DNA from: Octopus sinensis
Taxonomy: Eukaryota
Length of the DNA stretch: 64,000 nt
Direction: 5' to 3'
Assembly (NCBI RefSeq): GCF_006345805.1
Contig: NC_042997.1
Coordinates: 188,666,001-188,730,000, forward strand
Under the pieces are notes generated by a model, which searched no databases, was not told the DNA's origin, and saw only the letters and a list, made by a program, of their open reading frames with translations. The position numbers and the translations under genes are program-made. Of this stretch, positions 27,451 through 39,570 are shown piece by piece; positions within the stretch are counted from its first letter, which is position 1; every line of letters starts with the position of its first letter.

Positions 27451-27575
27451 CTGTTTAGCATTAATTCATTGTCTCCTGCTCTATGAAAGAAGAGATCTCC
27501 CCGAGTAAGATCTCTTTAGAACAGGATATTCAGGATAAGTCCCTACATTGATGGACTTGATGTAGAAACAGAAAC
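27451..27575 (-). other. Candidate 5' leader exon (125 nt)
   Basis: Acceptor ttttatttttattttcgttttccag|GTTTCT and donor TAAACAG|gtaaag; stops in all three frames; ends ATG CTA AAC AG. Confidence 0.65.
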
Positions 27576-27944
27576 CTGGAAAACGAAAATAAAAATAAAA
27601 ATTAATAATAATGAATTAAAACAGCTGTATTATAAATATTTTCACTAGAATAATTTATATGCTCTTTCATATGAACAAAGTACATTTAAAAAAAAAAAAA
27701 TCAAAGTTGACTCGAGTTTTCAGAAGGATTACATTCTGTTTTATTCTTTTTTCACTTGACTCAGTCATTGGACTGCAGGCATACTGAGGCACCACCTTAA
27801 AAAGTTTTATTCAAACAAATTGACCCCAGTGCTTGATTCTGTCTGGAATGAACTCACAGCGAATTATTCCCTCATAATTCCACCGGACACAGAGCATCAC
27901 CTTGTGTTTGAAACACCCATGTAAGTGTGTGTGTGTGTGTGTGT

Positions 27945-28049
<105 letters not shown>

Positions 28050-28152
28050 TGTGTTTGTCCTCCATCTTTGCTTGAAAACTGGTGTTGGTTTGTTTATGTC
28101 CCCATACCTTAGGAGTTGAACATAGGCCAATAGAATAAGTCCCAGTCTTTAA

Positions 28153-28360
28153 ACTAGCATTTAAACCACCCATATCCAGCTACCTGTTTTATGCTGAAAT
28201 CAGCTAGATCTGGCCTCTCATACCTAAGCTACAATGTTATTCTAAAACTAACCAACCACATCACTGAAACCTTGAAGCTATGAAATAATGCATGATTAAT
28301 CCAAAACAAATGTGAATAAATAAGAATTACATTTGACAGAGTAATCTGAATGCTAAAGGG
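28153..28360. mobile_element. TTAA MITE type 2 with damaged left end
   Basis: Body matches 26986-27183; right end TGCTAAAGGG|TTAA intact; left CCCTTT missing. Confidence 0.85.
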
Positions 28361-29218
28361 TTAAAGACTGGGACTTATTCTATTGGCCTATGCTCAACTC
28401 CTAAGGTATGCGGACATAAACAAACCAACACCAGTTTTCAAGCAAAGGTGGAGGACAAACACAAACATAAAGAGAGAGACACACACACACACACACACAC
28501 ACACATTTACATGGATGTTTCAAATACAAGGTGATGCTCTGTGTCCGGTGGAATTACGAGGGACTAATTCGCTATGAGTTCATTCCAGACAGTTGAACCA
28601 TTAATGCCAGCTGGGTGTATGCCATTGTGCAGCAAAAACACCTAGCACTGGTAAACAGAAAGCAAGCTCTTAAGCAGCAAGACAATGCAAGACCTCAAAC
28701 TGCTCGAACAAGCTGGAATAGACTTCAGGATCTGAGGAAATCAAACTGATACCACACCCAACAAATAGTCTGGACCAAGCTCCCTCAAATTATTTCCTGT
28801 TTCAATCCATGGCTCACTTCCTGCACACATGACACTTCATCAACCATGTGGAGGTGGGAGCTTCAGTGAAGGAGTTCTTCACCTCAAAGGACAACAACTG
28901 GTATCAGTGCAGGATCAAAGAACTAGCAGAAAAGTGGCTTCAGATGGTGCAACAAGAAGGCCTCTACTTTGAATGCTAGGCATCTTTTGTTGTAACTAGA
29001 TGAATAAAGTAAATAAGTTACCAAAATACTGCAATACTTTTAATTGAAGGGGTGGTAAAAACAAAACACAAAAAAATCTGACATGTTTTCTAACCAAAAA
29101 TTTTACAAAATAAAGGAAAATGAGATCAGTTGGCCTTACAAATTCTTCATGCAATAAATTAATTATTTCGCATGTTAGAATTTTTACAAAAGTAAAATTA
29201 AATACCCTTTTGAGCATG

Positions 29219-29545
29219 ATCATTACCAGCGTCACCTTACTGGCACGTGAAGACATTCGAGCGAGGTCGTTGCCAGTCGCTGGACTGGCTCCTGTGCAGG
29301 TGGCACGTAAAAAACACCATTTGAGCATGGCCGTTGCCAGTACCGCCTGATTGGCCCTCGTGCAGGTGGCACGTAAAAAAGCACCCACTACACTCTCAGA
29401 GTGGTTGGCGTTAGGAAGAGCACCCAGCTGTAGAAACTCTGCCGGATCAGATTGGAGCCTGGTGCAGCCATCTGGTTCACCAGTCCTCAATCAAATCGCC
29501 CAACCCATGCTAGCATGTAAAGCGGACATTAAACAATGATGATGA
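29219..29545 (+). mobile_element. SINE family C (RTE-tail type, (GAT)n tail) with ~66-bp internal tandem repeats
   Basis: Ends ...CCCATGCTAGCATG...GGACATTAAACAATGATGATG. Further copies or fragments near 36290-36555, 47134-47426, 48665-48910, 49135-49480, 55140-55302, 55850-56075, 58085-58265, 59285-59432. Confidence 0.85.
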
Positions 29546-30614
29546 ATCCAGAAATAAAATCTAAAAAGATTGTTTAGAAAATACATATGTTCTGTCCATA
29601 TTTTAATGGAAAGAATTCAAAAGAAAATAACTCCTTTCCTATAGCTTATCAGAGAAATTACCTTAATCATTCTACATACTTCTGGTTTTATATGCAATGA
29701 TATCTTAACAACTGAATGTATAATCTATGTTAAATTTATGAACAGCACAAGGAAAAATGAAAAAAAATCACTAATTTAATATCAGAAAACAAAGCTTTTG
29801 AGTAAACCCACAATAGAATACTGCTCCTTATTAACCCCACAAATGGAAGATAGAGACCTTTTATATGCAAAAGTATATAAATTGTGTTATTTACTAAGCT
29901 GAAAAAAAATATCTGAGATTGAGTAGTAGATTGAAAAGAAGGTGTCTATATATAAAAGGCCTAGTCCCATGTCCCCTATTTTTGTTGATTGGTTCTGTCA
30001 GAGAGTTGGAATGGAAATGATATTCTTGCAAGGGTTGGGTGTGTGTACGCACACTGGGGGGTGGGAGGAGGTAGCAGTAAAGATATTTCAGACCCAGTAG
30101 TTGGGAGTAAAAAATAACAAAAATAAAGGAGGGAGGAGATAAATGGGGCTGAATGAGTGTTTGACTGGGAAGTCAAGAGGCATCGGAGAAAGATGGAAAA
30201 GAGAGGGAATGGTAGGAAATATAGTAATGTCTGTCACTGGGAGGGGAGAGAGAGTAAAACTTCTGATGGATGGAAGGCAAAGCCAACCTTAGCATTAAAG
30301 GAAGTGACCAGAATATACAAAAGATGCAGATAAATATACCACTATACATATATATATTCATTCTTTTATTCCTTCAGCCATATTGGGGCACCACTGTTGT
30401 CTACACACACAAACACACATGACTCCAATAATGCTGGCATCTCTCAACCATGAGGGCATAATAAGCAAACATAAAAGCCATTGTAACCTTCTTTTTCTTT
30501 TCCTTTTTTTTTTTTGGTCAGTTTCATCACACTTTAGGAATGTCACACAAATAATATATTCATATGTACATGAATGCATAATATACAGGCACATACTTAA
30601 ATACATTCATATAC

Positions 30615-30646
<32 letters not shown>

Positions 30647-31390
30647 TTATACATACATATATACATATATATGCATATATACACACACACACATGTACAC
30701 ATACTTAAATACATACATACATACATATATATATATATATATGTATGTATTTATACACACATACATACATATATATGCATATATACACACACATGTACAC
30801 AAGAATGTCAGTCAAAATAATTATTACATTAGATATTTTACCAAAATTTATGTTTGCTTAATGAATTCATATTCAAATAAACTTGTAAATTGTTTTACAA
30901 GTACTACACACACTTATGCACACATGCATGCATATGTGCACACACACATGCATAGACACACACATAGACACATTCTTGAAGAGGCTAGCACTTTTGCTTT
31001 TCAAGTGCAAAACAGGTAGGCTGTTAGATCAATCTGATCATCCTCTAAGGATAAGAGGCTCACTAGCGCCAATAAAGAAAAATCAAACATCTTAGTACTT
31101 AATTCATTGACAAAACACTTAACACTATTTGTCTAAGGTTTCATACCTAATTAAGAAATTATTTATTAATAGTTGTATTATCTGAATTATTGTCAGCGTA
31201 ATACATTATTCTGAAATCTTCATGTTGTCTTGACATATTAAAGTATTTTAGTAATTATAGAGGTGTTTAAATATCTATGCTTACCAACATTATAGAGATT
31301 GATAGTGTATATAATGGAACACTATTTTTCATTACCAACAGCCAAACTAAAACAAGAGAAACACAGGAAAATTCCTGTCATTTTTGAGTA

Positions 31391-31433
<43 letters not shown>

Positions 31434-32997
31434 GCATACATGCACATACTTGTGAGTGGTGTAGTGCTGTGTTAGGTTATGTTGTATTGTATATGAAAGT
31501 ATGTAATATGCTTCTCTCATTGTCCCTTAGGAGAGTAATTTGTATGAAACTCCACACCTAATGTGGCAAGTTTATAACCTCAAGGAAAACCTAACAAATA
31601 CTTCCCTCATCAATGATCCAAACAATCTGTCAATGGCTTAGTAAGGTTCTTGCACAGCACTCTATCTTTAACTGACGTATTGGTATTATACATTAAAGCT
31701 TAGTTAATCCCACAGCTATTAGCTATTAGATTAAATTAGATTTATTTGTTACCATAGACTAACACTTTAATGACTGTGTCATGTTGACATCTTAATAGCT
31801 TCTGTGTTTGGCTGCATACTTAATTAAGCATTAAGACTATTTAAATTAAGAACAAGAACAACAATATTTGTTTTTTTTTATCAATAAATGCAGCCGGGAC
31901 AAGCAACAAATAAACAAATGAATGAAAAACAGTTTTCAGAATTTTTTATAGCAATAATTCAAAATGCATATCATTAATTATCACGCCTTAATATTGTGTG
32001 CAAAGATTAAACTTTACAATAACCACCAGCATTTCAAAACTAGAGAAGTTATGATTCCTTTTTTTCATATCTACCTTCAAAAACTAACAATTTGAACTAA
32101 TTTTTAAAATATGATTGAAAGTGGTTAAATATTATACTAGAAAACTATTTGCAATTTTAGATTCCATCTGAAATTTTTCCATTAATATATTAAAACCTGG
32201 TTAGGAAATGTTAAAGATTTTTAAACCGGCGGTGCCCCAGCATGGCCACAGCTAGTGAGCTGAAACTAGATAAGTAAATAAAATAAAAAATAAAGACCCG
32301 TTGAGAGAGGAGTTTTTCCTCCCCACCCCCTCTTTAAAGTGCTTCTTTTGAAATATCTAAATGCATTTTCAAAGTAACATTAGTGTATTATAATAAACTT
32401 TAAGTCTATTTTAGTGAAAAGGATTTAATACAAGTGAAATTATTTTATCTATTTTATCAATGTCAGTTGGTGAAATGCATGTCCGGTTTAGAATAGTAGA
32501 AAATACCAGAGTTGAATTGATAAAATTTACACATTCTTAAGGTGTAAAAGAGAATATGTAAAGAGTTAGAGAATAGTGCGAAGAGTTTATAATTTACATG
32601 AATTTCTATGTATTTAGTAAAGTAAGTTGTATGAGAAACTTTTTACAGAACCTACCATATTTGTAAAGAGATGAGCCAGAGAGGTGGAAAAGCAAATATA
32701 GATTATGCTTTGTAAAGAACCAGCAGATTTCAATGGAATTTCAATTTCATTTGCTTTTCAGAGGCTTCATATTTTTAAAACAAAGAAACCTTAAACTTAG
32801 ATTTAAGAGAGATCTAGAAAATATGTATGTTCTCTAAAGGATATAAACATAAGATTTTAAAATAATTGAAAAAGCCTCAGCAAGAGATATTCAAATGAAT
32901 AGTGCTACAATTACGTTTAGAACTTTTCCCTAGATTGGATTGGATCATCAACACTGGTTTTAGAAAAGGTACACTGACTAGTAAAACCCATCCAACA

Positions 32998-32998
<1 letters not shown>

Positions 32999-33065
<67 letters not shown>

Positions 33066-33072
33066 TAGAGAG

Positions 33073-33147
<75 letters not shown>
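32999..33147. repeat. (TA)n-(GA)n compound microsatellite
   Basis: Directly visible. Confidence 0.95.
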
Positions 33148-33489
33148 CCAGATCAATGTATGACAATATAATCATTGCAGCTAACAGGTAATTTATGAGA
33201 CAATGTAAACATCAATAAGCTTTACTGAGAGAGCTTGTTGCTCCAAATTTAATAACACACTCTGGGTCATGCTCAAACTTTGCTGAATGTAAACACCGAT
33301 TCTATTACACCATCTTAGATGCGGTCCATATTAATAATGGCCATAGTTGTTATTGTAGGTCTAGAAAATTAACAAGGCGCCTAAGTTTATGGAGAAAAAT
33401 TGCACATCAGCTGTTTAGTACCTCAGCAACTTCCAAGTTATATATGAGGGTTAGGTGAGTAGGGAGATAATGACAGTAATACTGATTAA

Positions 33490-33710
33490 CCCTTTTGATA
33501 CCAACCTGGCTGAAACCAGCTCTGGCTCTGAGTACAAATGTCTTGTTTTCAAAAGTTCTGAATTAAAATCTTCCACCAAACCTTAGTCACAATTTATGTT
33601 CCTAACACTAGCTTAATGATAAATAAGTTATTTTACTAAATTCTTTGTTATATTTAAAATTAATTGAAAGAACCACAGAGCATCTCAAAATAAATACAGT
33701 AACGAAAGGG
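33490..33710. mobile_element. TTAA-flanked MITE type 1 (piggyBac-like), 221 bp
   Basis: TTAA|CCCTTTTGATAC ... GTAACGAAAGGG|TTAA. Confidence 0.9.
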
Positions 33711-33904
33711 TTAATTAATATCTTTACCATTTGTATCAGTTACCAGTTTTGGCCATTCAGAGCCCTGTTTAATTTAGCCAGTGTTAATCTCAATCAAGCA
33801 GTTATTGACAGAAGAGTCAAGATAAACAAATAGATAAAGTGTCTACTGAAGATTTTAAAGTTTATATCTTAACACTGACACTGTCTTGAACACCCTCTGT
33901 TCTA

Positions 33905-34129
33905 AGAGAGGGTGTTGAAAAATTCCTGGCTTTAAGGGTATCACAAAAGAGTAGAACTGTTATCTTTACAGGGGAGGTAGGTAACTATTTATATGTACAT
34001 ACATACATACAAACAAATAAAAAAAAAAAACAAGCAAGTAAACAAACAGTTGTCCTACACTCCTGTAAAGGTAACTGCTCTACCGTTTCACAATACCCTT
34101 TAGACCAGGAATTTTTCAGCACCCCCTCA
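33905..34129. mobile_element. Mariner-type MITE, 225 bp
   Basis: ~40-bp imperfect TIRs (GAGAGGGTGTTGAAAAATTCCTGG / CCAGGAATTTTTCAGCACCCCCTC) flanked by TA at 33903-04 and 34130-31. Confidence 0.75.
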
Positions 34130-34735
34130 TATTTATTTACAAGTAGAACAGAAGTAACTGGATTCTGATTAATGGTTTGGAGTTTATAGTTGGTACATTG
34201 AACTCTCTCAAACCAGAATAAATTAATAATACTATGTAACAAATTTGTTGTTTTTTTTTTATTTCCTATTTGCATCTATCTAGAAATCAAAGGAAATGAC
34301 AACTATTCTTTTCAATCTTTGCTTCTGTGACACGTTAATCAATGTTTTCAAACTGACATATTTTCCATTACATTTCAGACAGACTCAGCACTGAGTTGCT
34401 GAAGCAGAACTATCGTTATAGCAAATATTCTGCTCAATACCACAGACTTGCTTGTCAGATGTTTGACCTTAACCGCTTGAGCATGTCTCTGAGTGGCTGA
34501 CAATATGTGCATCTCTGATCAAGAGGAAGAGTAGTGAAAGAGCATCATAGTCATGTAGTGAGAGGGATTCTTTGTAGTTTGAAGTAACAAAAACAAAGTT
34601 TGGAGGAAATATTAGCCAATTTTCATACTTCTTAGGAGTAAGCTAATAGGAAATAACAGTTGATACCCAAGAAAAATCGTGTTACATGGAGTAATTAACA
34701 ATTATTCTTTACAAATAAATGTTTTATGATATTCA

Positions 34736-35143
34736 TAGGCGCAGGAGTGGCTGTGTGGTAAGTAGCTTGCTTACCAACCACATGGTTCCGGGTTCGGTTC
34801 CACTGCGTGGCATCTTGGGCAACTGTCTTCTGCTATAGCCTTAGGCCGACCAAAGCCTTGTGAGTGGATTTGGTAGACAGAAACTGAAAGAAGCTTGTCG
34901 TATATATGTATATATATGTATGTGTGTGTGTGTGTATGTTTGTGTGCCTGTGTTTGTACTACCTAGCATTGCTTGACAACTGATGCTGGTGTGTTTACGT
35001 CCTCGTCACTTAGCAGTTCGGCAAAAGAGACCGATAGAATAAGTACTGGGATTACAAAGAATAAGTCCCGGGGTCGATTTGCTCGACTAAAGGTGGTGCT
35101 CCAGCATGGCCGCAGTCAAATGACTGAAAATAGTAAAAGAGTA
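34736..35143 (+). mobile_element. SINE family A, full length
   Basis: tRNA-like head GCAGGAGTGGCTGTGTGGTAAG...GGTTCCGGGTTCGGTTCC, central microsatellite, conserved tail. Confidence 0.92.
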
Positions 35144-35834
35144 TGTTTGATATATTTATAAACATTTAAATTTTTTCTTTTCTTTTTTATTTTTGATCAT
35201 ATTTATTTCGTAAATATCGTGAAATATATATATATAAAATACCAAAACTAATAATAAAAATAAACATGAAATGTTTATAAATATACCAACACACCCAAAT
35301 AAAATAGGGCACAGGTAGAAACTTCAAAGGAACTTAGTCCAAACCCAAATTTAGCATCCCAACAGTTTGATGTAACAAGTTTATGCAGCACCGACTAGTT
35401 AAGTGGAGCTTGTTATTCTACATATGCTACAAAGAAATTATCTTGTAAGATAGTGTCTGCTTTCTATTTAATTTAATATAGCATTCTTGGTTGCTGCTCT
35501 TAAATATTATACTTAACTATTTTCAACTCCTTGCTCTTATGCTGAGCAATATCTACTTCTAATGCATTTGCTACACTTCTAAAACAGCTAATACTTAGTT
35601 GCCATGCTGTCTGAAATGTTACTTCTAAAGCATCACTTTATAATCTATTTCCTGTTTCAGTATTTCTATGTTTATCATGCTTTTAATATACAGCCGGTCC
35701 AAGTGAATATGAAGAAACAATAGCAACCATTCTTATCACTTCAGAAGTAGACTTTTAGCACATTCATTCTTTAAAAAGAGGATTAACTCAAGAAGGAAAA
35801 TAACTAATAAAAAAAAAATATAATGAAAACTTAC

Positions 35835-35860
35835 CTAGAACATACTCTTCAGATCAGAGT
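35835..35860 (-). other. Candidate 26-nt leader microexon
   Basis: attatcttcatttttctttccatag|ACTCTGATCTGAAGAGTATGTTCTAG|gtaagttt; near-consensus acceptor and donor; contains ATG TTC TAG. Confidence 0.6.
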
Positions 35861-37387
35861 CTATGGAAAGAAAAATGAAGATAATCAAATCAGTAAAAAT
35901 ATATTTAACGCTAAAAAGAAATTATGTCTACACACACACATGCACACACACACGCAAAAAAAAAAAAAAAAAAATCGGAGAATTTAGTAACAAATATTTG
36001 GTATTCAGCAACCTGGTGGATTGTTTTGTTTGTTGATATCAGCACAAGAAATAAATGAAGCATGTGCTAGTAATTATTTTGAAAACTCACAGGACCCACA
36101 ATAAGTTTAGTATTTATAACTGAAGTATCAGGTCTTATACATACTGCAGCAAGTTTTAAATCTGATATTTTCATCAGCCTCAACAAATCGTGGCCGAATT
36201 TTTGTTTTGTTTTGGGATTCAGCTACTGAAGGCCTACAGCTTTATAGAGAATTTGTTAATATTTCATTTCTAGATTAGATGGCTTATATCATCATCATCA
36301 TCGTTTAACGTCTGTTTTCCATGCTAGCACGAGTTGGACGGTTCGACCAGAGTCTGGGAAACCAGAAGGCTGCACCAGGCTCCAGTCTAATCTAGCAGTG
36401 TTTCTACAGCTGGATGCCCTTCCTAATGCCAACCACTCCATGAGTGTAGTGGGTGCTTTTTACATGCCACTGGCACAGATGCCAGGGGAGTCTGGCAGTG
36501 GCCATGATCGGTTGGTGCTTTTTACATGCCACCGGCACAGAAGCCAGTCAAGGCGCCGATAAAACAAAAAAACGCTTTTATTACTTCATTAGGAAACCAA
36601 AAGCAAATTGTCCACATTATAACAATACTTTTTAAAAAAATACAAAAAAAAAAACAGAAGAAAATTATTACAACCAACACCTTTTGCAGTATCACTAAAT
36701 AGTTAAGTTTCAAAAAGTTATGCCTCACATCAAATCTGTATTGCATTTATTTTTTCTTTTTCTTTTTTCTATATTTGCCCATTTCGTGAAAACTAAGAAT
36801 CTTTGAAACTGCTTCTACTACAGACTTGGATTCAATACAGATCTATTGGACTAAGGCTATTAAACTAGTCACATTTGATAGATTTATTGAAATACTTCAT
36901 CTGCACCTGAGAAGTAAAGACTGTATATGGCTGACAAGTTTCTAATTCAAGCAAAGCAGCTTTTCAATATTGTTTCATTGTTATCAATTTAATAGAGAAG
37001 TTAGCATAATTTAATTGGCAAGTTATCAGAATCCAAAAGAAAAGGGATAGATTAAATTATGGTTTGCAGGACTGATTTAATTTTCATGTCTGATGTCAAA
37101 ATCTTACAAAGAGAAGATGTACTGTAAAACTATTCAAAGTCAATGACTTGCCTCTGAGGTGCAGAGAATAACTAATGTTGGCATATAATGTCAGTAACAA
37201 TTGAGAGATAAAGTGCTTATTATAGGTTAGAATAAGCCAGTTCAAGTAGACATGCAACTGAATAGTTCAGGTCCTTTACTCCTGACTTATAGGTTCAAAC
37301 CTGCCACAGATGTGTAGCTTTGTGTTCTTCAGTGAAACACATTACTTTGCAAAATCATTATGCTGGCATCCCTTTATGATGGAGTAC

Positions 37388-37490
37388 CTTTATGTCGGAA
37401 TCTACAGGTTTGTCTCACATACAACCGTTGACAAACACATAAAACGAAATCAAAATCACTGAACAATAAATACGGCTTAAGCTTATCAAC
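37388..37490 (-). other. Weak candidate 103-nt leader exon
   Basis: Acceptor gattttgtttttactaatag|GTTGAT and donor ATAAAG|gtactc; CpG-containing unique sequence. Confidence 0.25.
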
Positions 37491-38333
37491 CTATTAGTAA
37501 AAACAAAATCAGAATTAATACTTTATCAATAGAAGTATTTAAAAAGAAACAAACAATATTTAACTGAATTGATTAAAAAGTCTGAATAAATTATATAATG
37601 ATAAATAGTTTTTTTTTTTTTTTTAAAGCTTTATAAGTTTTCATTAACAATATCATCATCATCGTCATTTGATGTGGTTTCCATGCTGGTCTGCATTGGA
37701 TGGTTTGACAAGAGTTGGCAAGCCAGAAGACTACTTAAAAAGTTTTATAACTTCAAATTTATTTTGTCTAAAAGTCTTCTTCGTCTACAATTTCAGTTGT
37801 TAATAATGATATATCAAAAATGTTCCAATTCACAATGCAACTTTGAAAATATATGCCAGAACTATAAGTTGAACTAACAACATAATTTTCATTAGTTTTC
37901 TGACACTCTATCAAAAGGGTAAGTAAACATGCATTTAAGGACAGTTATACCACAAAAGTCTTTCCAAGAAGTTTATAGGCATTTGAAATGTTCATTTTTA
38001 TGCATATCATATTCTAACCATTAAGATGAAATTATAAGCACCTATAAATGCTATTGTACACAATAATTAACACTAATCAGAAAGCAATAAATAAGTACAA
38101 TACAGCAAATATAAAGTCTACCAATATGGGTAGCAGACTGAATTCATCGCACAGTTTAACATTCCCCACCAAACCCTTGGGTGCCATCAGCAAAGTTTAT
38201 TCTGCTGCATGTATTCCAACCAAACTTCTGAGCTGAGGATAACTTGATATCTTTATATTGCTGATACCTACTGTATCTATATGAGTTGTGGTTTCTTCTT
38301 CCTATTCATCTGGTAGTCTCAGAAGTAAATAGC

Positions 38334-38755
38334 GGATCTTTTCGGTTTGAACAGCAGTTTTTTCTAGCGGTATCATATGAAATTGTCACCCATAATTATC
38401 ACCCTAGTATCGATCTATTGCATTTCAATCTGTTTTATAGTTAGGGTTGGTTAGGAGTGGGAGAAGGGTATCTTTTTTTCTTCAGAAATGTAAATAAACC
38501 CAATCTGTTTCTTAAACGAGGGACATATTTATATGGCACAGAATGTTTTCACCTCAATAGACGTCATTGATTGGTTGAAATTGCAGAAATTGAAGAGAAA
38601 GAAAACAACAAATATCTTACAAACTATAAAATTTTCTCAATAAAGCCAAGAGAAAAAGATGTTTTATAAACACATTCTACCAGTATACGAAGTTTAAAAG
38701 TGTTTAGTTACGTGGAAATTATTTTTAAAAACTGCCGGTCAAACCGAAAAGATCC
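38334..38755. mobile_element. Non-autonomous Mutator-like (MULE) MITE, 422 bp
   Basis: TIRs GGATCTTTTCGGTTTGAACAGCAGTTTTT / AAAAACTGCCGGTCAAACCGAAAAGATCC; perfect 9-bp TSD GTAAATAGC at 38325-38333 and 38756-38764. Confidence 0.9.
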
Positions 38756-39467
38756 GTAAATAGCTGCTGTCCTGCTTCCTCTGGCTAAAACATAAGCATA
38801 TATAAAAAGAGTAGGACCTGTGATGAGATTTGAACCACATACTCATTGTTTACTTGATGACCACATTATCCATAACAATTGTTTGAGGAAAGGAAATGGC
38901 AGAGGCTACTGTAGCAGTTTCTGTCATTTTCTTTCCTCAAACAAAGTACTATAAACTGTTGCTTCTGCCACTTTAACTGATGTTGACTGACAACTTAAGA
39001 CTTAAAATAGTACACTTAATGCAGTAGAAACAATTTACGTTACTTGATTTGAGAAGAAGAAATAACCATACATAATAGTGCAATTGGTAATGTGATCGCA
39101 ATAGATATATCTATGGTTCCGATATTGTCGATAGGATTGTTGCTCTTTTCTGTTCTCAAAGCAAGCAATATCATTAATATTCTAGTTTGTTAAGTAATTA
39201 GGAAGTAACATTGAGGAGGGAGACTTTGTAGCAGCATAACTAACTCCTGTAATAGACAGCTAGTAAAAGTGATGAGTAACGAAGAATTTCTATCCTGCTA
39301 ACAGAAATGATCAGCAAAATATAGCTGAAGTCAGTTCAATTAATTATAAGAACTTCTAACAAAATTGGCTTTCTGCCTAGTCAAATGAAAGTCATCACCA
39401 ACATTGTTGTATTTTCTCCTTTCCACTTTTCCATAAATCTCCCATTCCAGACTAATTTAATAAGACT

Positions 39468-39502
39468 GCATCATCATCATCATCACCACCACCACCACCA
39501 CC

Positions 39503-39549
<47 letters not shown>

Positions 39550-39570
39550 TACTATTATTATTATTACTAG
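39468..39570. repeat. (CAT)n/(CAC)n/(TAT)n trinucleotide array
   Basis: Directly visible. Confidence 0.95.

Noticed and set aside
28996-29539. Overlapping ORFs up to 164 aa (similar peptides at 36453, 47075-47620, 55161, 59184-59558)
   Set aside because: All derive from the family C SINE, not from genes.
39385-39570. Poly-histidine ORF
   Set aside because: Translation of a (CAT/CAC)n trinucleotide repeat; no splice context or homology.
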